Part shown: in pieces, positions 48,314 through 59,502 of the stretch
Layout of the letters: every line of letters starts with the position of its first letter
Numbering within the stretch: position 1 is the stretch's first letter
DNA from: Winogradskyella sp.
Lineage (GTDB): Bacteria; Bacteroidota; Bacteroidia; Flavobacteriales; Flavobacteriaceae
Assembly (NCBI GenBank): GCA_004211785.1
Contig: SHBX01000012.1
Coordinates: forward strand, 1,368 to 65,367
Length of the DNA stretch: 64,000 nucleotides
Direction of reading: 5' to 3'
Notes under the pieces: model-generated
Seen by the model: only the letters and a program-made list of their open reading frames with translations
What the model was told of the DNA's origin: nothing
Database searches by the model: none
Made by a program: the position numbers and the translations under genes

Positions 48314-49816
48314 TTAGCGATTTCGCCAGAAAAAAGGAGTCAATAAAATAAGTACGGTAAATAGTTCTAAACGTCCTAAAAGCATTAAAAAAGAGGCCCA
48401 CCATTTTCCTAAAGGTGGTAAAGCCGCATAATTATTTACTGGTCCAAATTCTCCTAAAGCTGGACCTACATTACCTAAACTCGACGCAGACAAACCAATA
48501 GCAGAAGTAAAGTCTATTTGAAACATTGAAAAGACTAAAGCTCCAAATATAAAGAGCAACATGTAAGAGATAAAGAAACCGAGAATATTAAAAACAATAT
48601 CGCCAGATACCGATTTTTGATTATATCTTACAGGTAAAATTGCATTAGGATGTAGCGCTCTTCTAAACTCTAAAAAGCCGTTTTTAATCAACAATAAGTG
48701 TCTTACTACTTTAATACCACCAGAGGTACTACCTGCCGAACCTCCTAAAAACATCAGTCCAAAAAAGAATACAGTTAAAAATGGTGTCCACATGGTATAA
48801 TCTGCAGTTACAAAACCTGTTGTTGTAACAATAGCTAATACTTGAAATAATCCATGTCGTAGTGCGCTTTCAAACTCACCTAAAACCATAGGGTGTCCAA
48901 TGGAGGATTGAGAAATATCTGCTTTAAAATAAATAACTATTGCGGCAATTATAGCAAATATAAATAGGAGTCTGAAATATAGCTTAAATTCGTCATCTTT
49001 GATGATTTTCTGTACTTTTCCTTTAAACGCAAAATAACTCAAGACAAAGTTTGTGCCTGCTAAAAACATGAAAATCATTATAATGTATTGTATCGCTGGA
49101 TTATCATTCCAATGTGCTATACTATCATTCTTTGTAGAAAAACCACCCGTTGACAATGTACTTAATGCATGATTAATAGCATCAAAAAAAGACATGCCTG
49201 CTATCTGAAGCAGTATAGTTTCCGCCGCTGTATAACCAAAATAAATAAGCCATAAGCGCTTAGCAGTATCTGTAATCCTTGGATGCAACTTGTCTCCACC
49301 TGGACCAGGCGCTTCGGCTGCAAACAACTGCATACCTCCAATTCCTAATAGAGGTAATATGGCAATTGCCAGTACAATAATTCCCATTCCACCAATCCAA
49401 TGCGTCATACTTCGCCAAAAAAGAACACCTTTTGGAATAATCTCTATATCATTTAATATACTAGCACCAGTCGTCGTATAGCCAGACATAGTTTCGAAAA
49501 AAGCATCTGTAAAAGAAGGAATAGCTTCAGTAATCATATAAGGCAAAGAACCCGATAGAGACATGACAATCCACCCTAAAGTTACTACAATGTAACCTTC
49601 TCGCTTATTCATCTCCTTTCGGTGATTACGTGTATTAAACATTATAAAAATACCAATTAAAAAGACTGTAATGCCTGATAATAAAAGCTCTATTGTAACA
49701 CCGTCTTTATAGATTAAGCTAATTAATGTTGCTATAAGTATAAAGCCACCATTAAACAACAGTAGTAATCCCAAAAAATGGAAAATGATTTTATAATTAA
49801 GTTTCATTTTTGCCAT
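48314..49816 (-). CDS. trkH: Trk potassium uptake permease
   Basis: FFETMSGYTTTGAS, WIGGMGII, STGGFS, GSTSGGIK, GNVGP, MLLGRLE. Confidence 0.95.
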   Translation of the reverse strand: MAKMKLNYKIIFHFLGLLLLFNGGFILIATLISLIYKDGVTIELLLSGITVFLIGIFIMFNTRNHRKEMNKREGYIVVTLGWIVMSLSGSLPYMITEAIPSFTDAFFETMSGYTTTGASILNDIEIIPKGVLFWRSMTHWIGGMGIIVLAIAILPLLGIGGMQLFAAEAPGPGGDKLHPRITDTAKRLWLIYFGYTAAETILLQIAGMSFFDAINHALSTLSTGGFSTKNDSIAHWNDNPAIQYIIMIFMFLAGTNFVLSYFAFKGKVQKIIKDDEFKLYFRLLFIFAIIAAIVIYFKADISQSSIGHPMVLGEFESALRHGLFQVLAIVTTTGFVTADYTMWTPFLTVFFFGLMFLGGSAGSTSGGIKVVRHLLLIKNGFLEFRRALHPNAILPVRYNQKSVSGDIVFNILGFFISYMLLFIFGALVFSMFQIDFTSAIGLSASSLGNVGPALGEFGPVNNYAALPPLGKWWASFLMLLGRLELFTVLILLTPFFWRNR

Positions 49817-49819
49817 AAA

Positions 49820-51169
49820 CTATGCAAAAAACTTTTCGACTTCAGCGATTGAACGAGGCAAACAACAAACCACTACTCTATCTCCAGCTTCAATAATAAA
49901 ACTTCCTAAAGGGATAAGACCTTGTCCATTTCTAATAACACCTCCAAAAATTGCCGATCTTGGAAAATCTAAATCTTTGATTTTTTTATTGGTGATTTTA
50001 GAATTTGGTTTTACCACAAACTCCAAAAGTTCAGCATTCATATTAGTCAATTTGGTCATGGCTACAACCTCGCCTTTTCTTATGTATCTAAATATAGAAT
50101 TTGCAGCTAGAAGTTTCTTATTAATTAATGTATCAATGCCTATAGATTGAGATAGTTGGTAATAGTCCATATTTTCAACCAAGGCAATAGTCTTTTTGAC
50201 ACCTTTTGATTTAGCTAAAAGACATGACATTATATTAGTTTCAGAATTTCCAGTAACCGAAATAAAAGCATCCATCTGTGATATACTTTCTTCTTCTAAT
50301 ATATCAACATTTCTACCGTCTCCACAAATAACAAGTGCATTTGGTAACTCATCTGCTAAGTCTTCAGCTATATCTTTTTTACCTTCTATAAGTTTAACAT
50401 TAAATTTACTCTTACATAAATCTTGCGCAGTTTTATAACCAATCTGGCTTCCGCCTAAAATCATAACATCTTTAATGCCTAATTTCACTTTCCCAGAAAG
50501 TTCAAACAATTCTTCATCACCACCTTCTGAAGTTACAAAAACAACTTTGTCTCCTTCTTTAAAAATAGTATCACCTCTAGGAATTATAGTATACTGCGTT
50601 CCGTAACGTTGAATAGCAATTGGAATAAAGTGCAATTCAGAATACAATTCTGCCGCTTCTTTAACGGTCTTACCAACAAAAGTGGCCGTACGAGACAGTC
50701 GAAGCCCTAACATGGTTAACTTACCATCTTCAAACTCATAGGTATCGTTAAATCCATATTGATTAAGTAATAATTCTATCTCTGATGCCGCTAGCGATTC
50801 TGGTGAAATCAATTCGTCTATACCGAATTTTGAAAACCCAAGCTCTTCTTTATTGTCAATAAACTCTGTATTAGATATGCGAGCAATAGTTCGTTTAGCA
50901 CCTAATTGCTTTGCCAATACACATGCCGTAATATTTGTAGTCTCTGAAGAAGTTACCGCAATAAAAAGTTCAGAATTTTCAATACGCCCTTCTTTTAGAG
51001 TTGTAATAGAAGTGGCATCGCCTTTTATGGTTTTTATATCAAGATTTTCGCCCGCATATGCAAGGCTATCTTTTTTGTTATCAATAAGTGTAATTTCTTG
51101 AGACTCGTAAGACAATAGTTTTGCTAAATGGAATCCTACTTCTCCAGCACCAGCAATAATAATTTTCAT
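49820..51169 (-). CDS. trkA: Trk potassium uptake NAD-binding subunit
   Basis: MKIIIAGAGEVG; two RCK units. Confidence 0.95.
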   Translation of the reverse strand: MKIIIAGAGEVGFHLAKLLSYESQEITLIDNKKDSLAYAGENLDIKTIKGDATSITTLKEGRIENSELFIAVTSSETTNITACVLAKQLGAKRTIARISNTEFIDNKEELGFSKFGIDELISPESLAASEIELLLNQYGFNDTYEFEDGKLTMLGLRLSRTATFVGKTVKEAAELYSELHFIPIAIQRYGTQYTIIPRGDTIFKEGDKVVFVTSEGGDEELFELSGKVKLGIKDVMILGGSQIGYKTAQDLCKSKFNVKLIEGKKDIAEDLADELPNALVICGDGRNVDILEEESISQMDAFISVTGNSETNIMSCLLAKSKGVKKTIALVENMDYYQLSQSIGIDTLINKKLLAANSIFRYIRKGEVVAMTKLTNMNAELLEFVVKPNSKITNKKIKDLDFPRSAIFGGVIRNGQGLIPLGSFIIEAGDRVVVCCLPRSIAEVEKFFA

Positions 51170-51349
51170 TAATGTTTATTTGAAAATAACGTACAAATAT
51201 AGTTATAACTTATAAGTACTTAAAGTTTGAATGTTAAGAATTTGCTCTTACAACACGATAGCAAGCCTCAAGAAAAATTAAACTCTTCTTATAATCTGCA
51301 ACTTTAGTTACACTTATATCTTCTTAGTATATTTGCAAAAATTTTTTTG

Positions 51350-52081
51350 ATGTCAAAAAGTGTAAAGCCATACAAAGACAGTGACCTTGATAAGAAGGAA
51401 CAGGTCACTAAGATGTTTGATACCATTTCTGAAGAATATGATGGGTTAAACAGAGTTATTTCTTTTGGAATTGACGTAAAATGGCGTAATAAAGTAGTAC
51501 AAATTGTTTCTGACACATCTCCAGAAAACATACTTGACATTGCCACTGGCACAGGCGATTTGGCAATAAGTCTTACCAAAACTTCAGCTAAAAAAATTAT
51601 TGGTTTGGATATAAGTGATGGTATGCTTGAAGTTGGGCGACAAAAAATTAAAGCTAAAGAATTAGATGGCATTATTAAAATGGTTATCGGTGATTCTGAA
51701 GATTTACCTTTTGAAGACCATACTTTTGATGCCATTACAGTAGCTTTTGGAGTTAGAAACTTTATGAATCTAGAAAAAGGGCTTTCAGAGATACTTCGTG
51801 TGCTTAAACCCAATGGTGTTTTTGTAATTCTTGAAACATCTGTTCCAACAAAAACGCCTTACAAACAAGGCTATAAATTGTATTCTAAATTTATTTTACC
51901 TACTATTGGCAAAGTTTTTTCTAAAGACCAAAGTGCTTATAAATATTTAAGTGAATCCGCTTCTGTTTTTCCATTTGGCGAAGAACTAAACAATATTTTA
52001 AGACAAATTGGGTTTATTAATGTCAAAGACCAACCACAAACGTTTGGTGTAGCTACAATCTATACCGCATCGAAAGCTTAA
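51350..52081 (+). CDS. ubiE: Demethylmenaquinone methyltransferase (MenG/UbiE)
   Basis: MFD.I...YD.LN, LDIATGTGD, AFGVRN, YKYLSES. Confidence 0.94.
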   Translation: MSKSVKPYKDSDLDKKEQVTKMFDTISEEYDGLNRVISFGIDVKWRNKVVQIVSDTSPENILDIATGTGDLAISLTKTSAKKIIGLDISDGMLEVGRQKIKAKELDGIIKMVIGDSEDLPFEDHTFDAITVAFGVRNFMNLEKGLSEILRVLKPNGVFVILETSVPTKTPYKQGYKLYSKFILPTIGKVFSKDQSAYKYLSESASVFPFGEELNNILRQIGFINVKDQPQTFGVATIYTASKA

Positions 52082-52082
52082 T

Positions 52083-52796
52083 ATGAAGAAATTAATTATT
52101 GTTTTTGCTATTTTACTATGCTGTAACAGTAGCTTTGCTCAATTATTCTCCAAAGAAAAAGTGGCTAACCTACAAACCATGGACAAAAAAACATTGTCTT
52201 GGGGTTATTTTTTAGGGTTCAATAGCTATGATTTTAAGTTTGAATATGAGCAGAATCTTGACGATATTCTCGTAGATGCTACAACTGGATTTCAAGTAGG
52301 ACTAACTGGTGACTTAAGGATTAACGATCACCTTAATCTACGTTTTGAGCCTGGTGTATACTTTAGCACACGAACATTAAGATATAATGAGAGTTATTTT
52401 GACGGGCAAGCTTTCAATCCATCTGACTTGTTGCGTGAAATTAAGTCTACATATATACATTTCCCATTACTATTAAAGTTTTCTACTAATCGTATAAATA
52501 ACTTTAGACCCTTTATAGTTGGCGGCGTTTCTACGGCTATAAACTTAGCGAGTAATGAAGAAAACCCTAGTGATAATAGTGGTGGACAGTTTCGAATGAC
52601 CTCAAACAATTACTTTTATGAAATAGGCTTTGGTGTGGATTTATACCTATTATACTTTAAGTTTACGCCATCAATTAGAGGTGTTTTTGCAATTAATGAT
52701 GAAGTTGTTAGAGATATTGACCCAAATAGTCCTTGGACTGGGAATATTACCTCTATGAAAACAAGAGGTATTTTTATCAATTTTACGTTTAGATAG
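52083..52796 (+). CDS. porT: T9SS outer-membrane protein PorT/SprT
   Basis: Signal peptide, WGYFLGFN, LRFEPG, STYIHFPLLLK, beta-barrel C-terminus; ubiE-porT-trmH-tamL order as in Flavobacterium. Confidence 0.82.
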   Translation: MKKLIIVFAILLCCNSSFAQLFSKEKVANLQTMDKKTLSWGYFLGFNSYDFKFEYEQNLDDILVDATTGFQVGLTGDLRINDHLNLRFEPGVYFSTRTLRYNESYFDGQAFNPSDLLREIKSTYIHFPLLLKFSTNRINNFRPFIVGGVSTAINLASNEENPSDNSGGQFRMTSNNYFYEIGFGVDLYLLYFKFTPSIRGVFAINDEVVRDIDPNSPWTGNITSMKTRGIFINFTFR

Positions 52797-53517
52797 TTTT
52801 TCGCTTAAACTCACTTAAGCAAATTGCTGTAGCTGTTGCTACATTGAGACTTTCAGTAGCCTTAAGATTTCCAAATCTTGGTATTCCTAATTCTCTGGTT
52901 ACTTTACTTTCAATTGTTTTTGATATACCATTAGCCTCATTACCTAGCACTAAAATTCCACTTTTTGACAGCTCTGCATTATAGATGTTTTCGCCATCCA
53001 TAAAAGTACCAAAAACTTCCTTTTTTGAATCAGACAGAAAATTATGTAAATCTAAATAGCTTATATTAACACGAGTCAACGAGCCCATTGTAGCTTGTAC
53101 AACTTTAGAATTAAAGCAATCTACAGTAGCCTTACTACAAACCAAATCTTTTACCCCAAACCAGTCGCACAATCTAATAATAGTGCCTAAATTCCCTGGA
53201 TCACGAACATCATCTAAAGCAACGATAAGTTTAGAATTATCAATAACCTCGCTTTTAGGAATCTCAAAAACGCCTATAGCTGTGTTGGGATTTTTTAACT
53301 GAGTAACCTTTTTTAAATCCGAATCCGATATTAATGTAACTTTAGAGCCATCAACATCAAAGATGTTATCCAAAGTATAAATTTGATTTAAACTAAAAGT
53401 AGAATTTATAAACTCGGTAATCCCTTTTACGCCTTCGACCGTAAATAAGCTATGTTGACTCCTAAATTTTTTTTGGGATAAACTTTTAATTAATTTTATC
53501 TGATTCTTTGATAACAT
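52789..53517 (-). CDS. TrmH/SpoU family RNA methyltransferase
   Basis: DPGNLGTIIR, K.VQATMGS, GNEANG, ESLNVA. Confidence 0.93.
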   Translation of the reverse strand: MLSKNQIKLIKSLSQKKFRSQHSLFTVEGVKGITEFINSTFSLNQIYTLDNIFDVDGSKVTLISDSDLKKVTQLKNPNTAIGVFEIPKSEVIDNSKLIVALDDVRDPGNLGTIIRLCDWFGVKDLVCSKATVDCFNSKVVQATMGSLTRVNISYLDLHNFLSDSKKEVFGTFMDGENIYNAELSKSGILVLGNEANGISKTIESKVTRELGIPRFGNLKATESLNVATATAICLSEFKRKTI

Positions 53518-53620
53518 TAAAATGTATTTACATTTGTTAGTAGTATAAGAGATGACAAATTAATACTTTTTTGGACTAATATTTGCACCGTCTTATGAAT
53601 ATCAAAAAAATGCTTTCAAT

Positions 53621-56206
53621 TTGAACCTTAAACACCATAAACTGGTACTAGAAAAATTAAATTTCAGCTTAGCAAATTTAGCTATCTATATTTTTACTTT
53701 GGTGCTATTGGTTTCTTGTAGTACTGTAAAACGCGTAAAGGATGGCAAATACCTTCTTACTGAAAATAAAATTGAAGTTGATGGCAAAGTCACCAACAAA
53801 GAACGTATAAATAATATCCCACTCCAGAAACCTAATTCTGGGATTGGCTCTTTTCCTCTTAAACTACATGTATATAATTTATCACGCCCAAATAGAGATT
53901 CTATTTTTGAAGCATGGTTAGACAAAGGCAACCGAAGAAAAAGATTAACCAACACATTATCTGAAAAACAACTTAGCAAACTAAAAAGATCTGTCTTAGG
54001 CTTTAACTCTTGGTTAAAAAGAATTGGAGAAGCGCCTACCATATTAGATGAAGACAAAACTGAAAAAACAAAAAACAGATTACGTGCCTATTATTACAAG
54101 CGCGGATGGTTATATAACGATGTAGACTATACTATTGAGCGAGACTCAAATAAACGTGCAAAAGTAAAATACACAGTGACTAAAAACTTGCCTAGTATTT
54201 TAGACACATTAAAAACTACAATAAAAACACCTGCTGTCGACTCAATTTACAAAGCCAATGTAAATGCCTCATTACTAAAAGAAGGAGAGCAATATGACGA
54301 AGACAACTTTACTGGTGAACGCTCTAGAATAAATAAACTTATGCGTAACTCAGGTCTTTACTTTTTTGGTCAAGATTATGTGCGTTTTGAAATAGATACA
54401 TTTAAATCCAGAAATGCTTTTAATGCAGAATTATTTATAGATAATCGTGTTATAAGAAATGAAGATTCTATTAGAACAGAACCTTTTAAGGTTTATAAAA
54501 TAAAAGAAGTAAATATTATTACAGATGCTTCAAACGAAAACAGAATTGAAGGCAAAAAAATAACAGACAGCACGACTTATGATGGCTATAACCTTTACAG
54601 TTTTGACAAGCTTAAATTTAAACCCAAAGCTTTAACTGATGCCATTTTTATAAAAAAAGGAGATATATACAGAGATATAGATCGCACAAGAACATCCAGA
54701 TATCTTAATCAATTGCAAATGTTTAGATATCCTGGTGTAGATTACATTGCTAATGAAGCTGACTCTACACTTACTGCAAATATCTTTTTATCTCCTAGAA
54801 AAAAATATGAGCTAGGTTTCTCTTTTGATGTTTCTCAAAGTAATATACAAACTATTGGTTTTGCATTTAGTACAGGTTTAAAAATTAGAAATATCTTTAG
54901 AGGCGCGGAAACTCTAGATATATCAGCTATAGGATCAATTGGAGCATCAGATGATGTCAGTGATAGTGACAATACTTTTTTTAATATTAATGAATTTGGT
55001 GGCTCAGTTAGTTTGACAATACCTAGGATATTTTTTCCCTTTAATACTGAAAAAATTATCCCCAAAACAATGTCACCTAGCACTAAAATAAATATTGCTG
55101 CAACCAGTCAGCAAAATATTGGACTAGACAGACAAACACTCTCAAGTATATTTGCTTATAATTGGTTTCCTACAGAAAAAGTGACTAATAATTTAGAATT
55201 GTTTAATATTCAATATGTACGAAATCTAAATCCTGAAAACTACTTTGGCGTCTACTCAAATTCTTTTAATCGCTTAAATGAAATTGCCAGAAACATAGGT
55301 TACATAGGTAGTAATGATGTACTTCAAAATCCTCCTGCAGATTTTACTCCTGCAGATGTCTTTATCAATGATGTACTTAACGGCAACACATCATTATCTC
55401 AAGGAGATGCAGCCTTTACAGACGTAAATAATATAAACCAACGCCAAGACCGATTAACAGAAGACAACCTTATTATTTCTTCAAATTTCGATTACACAAG
55501 AGATACAAGAACAGACTTATCAGATAATAACTTTTCAAGATTTAAGTATCATATTGAGGTCGCTGGTAATATAGCGTCTGGCATTTCGAGTCTTGCAGGT
55601 TTAGACAAAAATAATGACGGTCGTTATGAGGTATTTAACGTACCCTTTTCTCAATACTTTAAAACTGAAATTGATTATGTAAAATATTTTGGTCTTAGAG
55701 GAAAGAAAAACGTATTAGCATTCAGAAGCTATTTTGGTGTAGCCATCCCATTTGGTAATTCGAGTAACATTCCGTTTGTAGAAAGTTTCTTTGCTGGTGG
55801 ACCAAATGACAACCGCGCATGGACAGCCTATAATCTTGGACCAGGAAGTTCTCAAAACACTAATGAATTTAATGAAGCAAATCTAAAACTGCATTTTAGT
55901 CTTGAGCAACGCTTTAACCTATTTGGTAACTTCGACGGTGCTCTTTTTATTGATGCTGGTAACATTTGGAATGCATTTAATAACGTTGAAGACGACCCAG
56001 AGTCTACCTTTACAAATCTCAAATCTTTAAGAGATATTGCCGTAGGTAGTGGTTTTGGTCTTAGATACGATTTTACCTTTTTTGTACTCCGTGGAGATAT
56101 AGGTTTTAAAACGTATGACCCATCATTACAAATGGGTAATCGTTGGTTTACAAATTATAATTTTGGTAATGCTACGTATAACATAGGTATTAATTATCCT
56201 TTCTAA
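53621..56206 (+). CDS. tamL: Omp85-family lipoprotein TamL
   Basis: Lipobox LVSC, POTRA-like region, FFAGGPNDNRAW, GFGLRYDF, C-terminal GINYPF; exact start uncertain. Confidence 0.85.
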   Translation: MNLKHHKLVLEKLNFSLANLAIYIFTLVLLVSCSTVKRVKDGKYLLTENKIEVDGKVTNKERINNIPLQKPNSGIGSFPLKLHVYNLSRPNRDSIFEAWLDKGNRRKRLTNTLSEKQLSKLKRSVLGFNSWLKRIGEAPTILDEDKTEKTKNRLRAYYYKRGWLYNDVDYTIERDSNKRAKVKYTVTKNLPSILDTLKTTIKTPAVDSIYKANVNASLLKEGEQYDEDNFTGERSRINKLMRNSGLYFFGQDYVRFEIDTFKSRNAFNAELFIDNRVIRNEDSIRTEPFKVYKIKEVNIITDASNENRIEGKKITDSTTYDGYNLYSFDKLKFKPKALTDAIFIKKGDIYRDIDRTRTSRYLNQLQMFRYPGVDYIANEADSTLTANIFLSPRKKYELGFSFDVSQSNIQTIGFAFSTGLKIRNIFRGAETLDISAIGSIGASDDVSDSDNTFFNINEFGGSVSLTIPRIFFPFNTEKIIPKTMSPSTKINIAATSQQNIGLDRQTLSSIFAYNWFPTEKVTNNLELFNIQYVRNLNPENYFGVYSNSFNRLNEIARNIGYIGSNDVLQNPPADFTPADVFINDVLNGNTSLSQGDAAFTDVNNINQRQDRLTEDNLIISSNFDYTRDTRTDLSDNNFSRFKYHIEVAGNIASGISSLAGLDKNNDGRYEVFNVPFSQYFKTEIDYVKYFGLRGKKNVLAFRSYFGVAIPFGNSSNIPFVESFFAGGPNDNRAWTAYNLGPGSSQNTNEFNEANLKLHFSLEQRFNLFGNFDGALFIDAGNIWNAFNNVEDDPESTFTNLKSLRDIAVGSGFGLRYDFTFFVLRGDIGFKTYDPSLQMGNRWFTNYNFGNATYNIGINYPF

Positions 56207-56326
56207 TAAACAACATTAATAACGACATCGTTTTCGTTAATTTATAGGCAAATATGCCCTTCAAAGAATAGCTTAATGCAGTAAATTATGTATTTTTGAA
56301 TACTATAATTATTCAACTTAAATACT

Positions 56327-57394
56327 ATGAGTCATAATATAAAACCAGGTGTAGCAACTGGATACGAAGTACAAGAAATTTTCAAACTTGCCAAAGAAAA
56401 AGGCTTTGCCTTACCAGCAGTTAATGTTATTGGCTCTAATACTATAAATGGGGTTTTAGAAACCGCAAAAGAATTAAATTCACCTGTAATCATTCAATTT
56501 TCAAACGGTGGCGCACAATTTAATGCTGGTAAAGGATTAAGTAATGACGCTCAAAAAGCTGCTATTGCAGGTAGTGTTGCTGGTGCAAAACATGTACATC
56601 TTATGGCTGAAGCTTATGGTGTGCCAGTAATTTTGCATACAGACCATTGCGCAAAAAAATTATTACCTTGGATTGATGGTTTACTAGATGCTAGTGAAGC
56701 TCACTTTAAAGAAACCGGAAAATCACTTTACAGCTCTCACATGATAGATTTAAGTGAAGAGCCTCTTGAAGAAAATATTGAAATTTGCAAAGACTATCTT
56801 GCTCGTATGAGCAAAATGGGTATGACACTAGAAATAGAATTAGGAATTACTGGTGGTGAAGAAGATGGTGTCGATAATAGTGATGTCGATGAATCTAAGT
56901 TATATACACAACCCGAAGAGGTGGCATATGCATACGAAGAGTTGAGTAAAGTAAGTGACCAATTTACAATTGCTGCAGCTTTTGGAAATGTACATGGTGT
57001 ATACAAACCAGGTAATGTAAAATTAACACCAAAAATTCTTAAAAACTCTCAGGAGCATATCACTGAAAAATACAATGTAGCACATAATCATATAGATTTT
57101 GTATTCCATGGTGGCTCAGGTTCTACTTTAGAAGAAATTAGAGAAGCTATTGGTTATGGTGTTATAAAAATGAATATCGATACAGACATGCAATACGCAT
57201 TTATGTCTGGCGTTCGCGATTATATGGGAGAGAAAGAAGCTTACTTAGCTTCGCAAATTGGAAGTCCTGACGGACCAGATTCTCCAAACAAAAAATATTA
57301 CGACCCACGTGTTTGGTTACGTAAAGGTGAAAATGCATTTGTTGAACGCCTTAAAAAAGCGTTTGAAGATTTAAACAACATAGATACTTTATAA
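56327..57394 (+). CDS. fbaA: Class II fructose-bisphosphate aldolase
   Basis: HTDHC, SSHMIDLSEE, GGEEDG, FGNVHGVY, HGGSG, KMNIDTD. Confidence 0.97.
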   Translation: MSHNIKPGVATGYEVQEIFKLAKEKGFALPAVNVIGSNTINGVLETAKELNSPVIIQFSNGGAQFNAGKGLSNDAQKAAIAGSVAGAKHVHLMAEAYGVPVILHTDHCAKKLLPWIDGLLDASEAHFKETGKSLYSSHMIDLSEEPLEENIEICKDYLARMSKMGMTLEIELGITGGEEDGVDNSDVDESKLYTQPEEVAYAYEELSKVSDQFTIAAAFGNVHGVYKPGNVKLTPKILKNSQEHITEKYNVAHNHIDFVFHGGSGSTLEEIREAIGYGVIKMNIDTDMQYAFMSGVRDYMGEKEAYLASQIGSPDGPDSPNKKYYDPRVWLRKGENAFVERLKKAFEDLNNIDTL

Positions 57395-57418
57395 TTAATA
57401 TTTTACAAAAAAATCATT

Positions 57419-57454
57419 ATCCTGTTTCTATTAATTTGAAACAGGATTTTTTTT
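57419..57454 (+). terminator. Terminator after fbaA
   Basis: ATCCTGTTTC/GAAACAGGAT stem plus T-tract. Confidence 0.8.
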
Positions 57455-57561
57455 GATGAGCTAACCTTAACACAGATAGCAAAAGCAAATGTTGAGTAGT
57501 ATAGATAAAATGAGTAATTTTGTACGCTGTGCAAAACACAAATTAAAAACTAACTAAACCT

Positions 57562-57609
57562 ATCCTTACTGTTACACTGAGCACATTCGAAGTGTAACTC
57601 ATTAAGGAT
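57562..57609. repeat. REP-like nested palindrome in accD leader
   Basis: GTTACACT-gagcacattcga-AGTGTAAC inside ATCCTTA/TAAGGAT. Confidence 0.6.
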
Positions 57610-57629
57610 TAAAAATAATAAATCGACAT

Positions 57630-58487
57630 ATGGCTTGGTTTAAAAGAAAAGATAAAGGTATTCAGACGTCTACTGAAGAAAAGAAAGATACACCTAAAGG
57701 TCTTTGGTACAAATCTCCAACAGGAAAAATTATTGACACCAAAGAACTTGAACAAAATTTTTATGTGAGTCCTGAAGATGGTTACCATGTAAGAATAGGG
57801 AGTAAAGAATACTTTGAAATATTATTTGACGATAATACGTTTAAAGAGCTTGATACTGGATTAACTTCAAAAGATCCTTTAAAATTTGAAGATACTAAAA
57901 AATACCCTGACCGTTTAAAAGCTGCACAAGCTAAAACAAATCTAAAAGATGCTGTGAGAACCGCTGTAGGTAAATCTAAAGGTAATGACCTGGTGATTGC
58001 TTGTATGGATTTCTCTTTTATTGGTGGCTCCATGGGTAGTGTTGTAGGCGAAAAAATTGCACGAGCTGCGGATTACGCTTTAAAGAAAAAACTACCTTTT
58101 ATGATTATTAGCAAATCTGGTGGCGCGCGTATGATGGAAGCTGCATTATCGTTAATGCAATTAGCAAAGACATCTGCTAAATTAGCACAATTAGCTGATG
58201 CTGGTATTCCTTATATTTCATTGTGTACAGACCCAACTACTGGAGGTACTACTGCTTCTTTCGCCATGTTAGGAGATATTAATATTTCTGAGCCGGGCGC
58301 TTTAATTGGTTTTGCAGGGCCAAGAGTTGTAAGAGATACCACAGGAAAAGAATTACCAGAAGGGTTTCAAACGTCAGAATTCTTATTAGAACATGGGTTC
58401 TTAGATTTTATAACACATCGAAAAGAATTAAAAAACAAGGTTAATCTTTATATCGATTTAATAAAAAATCAACCTTTAAGAGCATAA
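57630..58487 (+). CDS. accD: Acetyl-CoA carboxylase carboxyltransferase beta subunit
   Basis: [38 protein letters not shown]. Confidence 0.97.
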   Translation: MAWFKRKDKGIQTSTEEKKDTPKGLWYKSPTGKIIDTKELEQNFYVSPEDGYHVRIGSKEYFEILFDDNTFKELDTGLTSKDPLKFEDTKKYPDRLKAAQAKTNLKDAVRTAVGKSKGNDLVIACMDFSFIGGSMGSVVGEKIARAADYALKKKLPFMIISKSGGARMMEAALSLMQLAKTSAKLAQLADAGIPYISLCTDPTTGGTTASFAMLGDINISEPGALIGFAGPRVVRDTTGKELPEGFQTSEFLLEHGFLDFITHRKELKNKVNLYIDLIKNQPLRA

Positions 58488-58515
58488 AAAAAGCGAGCCA
58501 AATGGCTCGCTTTTT
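58486..58515. terminator. Bidirectional terminator
   Basis: AAAAAGCGAGCCA/TGGCTCGCTTTTT. Confidence 0.85.
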
Positions 58516-58544
58516 CATTAAAACTCAACTTCAACTAATCAAAA

Positions 58545-59387
58545 CTAATTTAAAGTAATGGTAATCTCAGTACCGTTATTGAAGGTAAAGGATGCTTGGT
58601 TATCACAATCGCCATCACCATAATCAAATAAACCTCCAAAATTTGTGCGTTGTACATCTACTGTTCCGCTAACAAAGTAAGTACAAATAACTTCTCTTCG
58701 TAATGGTGATGTAACTTCGTATGTATGTGTGTTTCCGTTTACAAAAGTCGTTGTCCAATTTCCGGTAACTTCAAAAACGTTATCACTAAATATGCCACTA
58801 TCAAAACCTTCAACCCATTCTCTTATTTTTAAACCAGATCTTGAGGCTTGAGCACCATTTGGCCATATTACAGTTAAGTCAAGATTATGAGTAAACTGAG
58901 GGTTTCCGTTTTCGTTTTCTTTTTCCTTTAAAATTGTTCGGCTTCCCAATACGTTTTTATTGTCAAAGAAGAAATCAACCAAATCATAGGTAATCAAAAT
59001 TTCTTGCGCTTCTATATCTCTAGTATAAGAGAATACGATTTGTCCTTTAAGAACATGCCCACGGACTAAACAGCCTTCTGTACCAAAATCTATGGTCACT
59101 TCTCTAAAACCTTGTTGAGCCACAACAGTAATTGTCACACAATCTGGTAATGCTGGTGGCTGTACTCTTCCGTTAGGATTAGCTTCGTCAAATTCATAAA
59201 CTTCTATAACAATATCGCCTATTGCAGAGCTAGAGGCATCAACCTCCGCAGCACGAGCAATCTCTAATGTGTCTTGCGATGTTGTGTCTATTTGTAATTC
59301 TTCATCATTGTCTGTACAAGAATTAAGGGTCAACCCAATAAATAAAAGGGTAAAAATGCTTTTTAAGATGTTACTAAAATGTCTCAT
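58545..59387 (-). CDS. Acidic beta-rich lipoprotein, unknown function
   Basis: Lipobox LNSC followed by TDNDEE; TIDFG..GC, DYGDGDCDN motifs. Confidence 0.8.
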   Translation of the reverse strand: MRHFSNILKSIFTLLFIGLTLNSCTDNDEELQIDTTSQDTLEIARAAEVDASSSAIGDIVIEVYEFDEANPNGRVQPPALPDCVTITVVAQQGFREVTIDFGTEGCLVRGHVLKGQIVFSYTRDIEAQEILITYDLVDFFFDNKNVLGSRTILKEKENENGNPQFTHNLDLTVIWPNGAQASRSGLKIREWVEGFDSGIFSDNVFEVTGNWTTTFVNGNTHTYEVTSPLRREVICTYFVSGTVDVQRTNFGGLFDYGDGDCDNQASFTFNNGTEITITLN

Positions 59388-59502
59388 TTTTTTATAATAT
59401 TTAAGTAGTTAATGAGGGGAAATAATTGCCTTAATCTTCTGCGCACTAAGATTAATTATGCAATGCTATTAATTCATTTCTTTTGTGTTAACATGATTTT
59501 AA

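Noticed and set aside
51304-51813. 169-aa antisense ORF
   Set aside because: Lies almost entirely opposite the well-supported ubiE/menG; shadow ORF.
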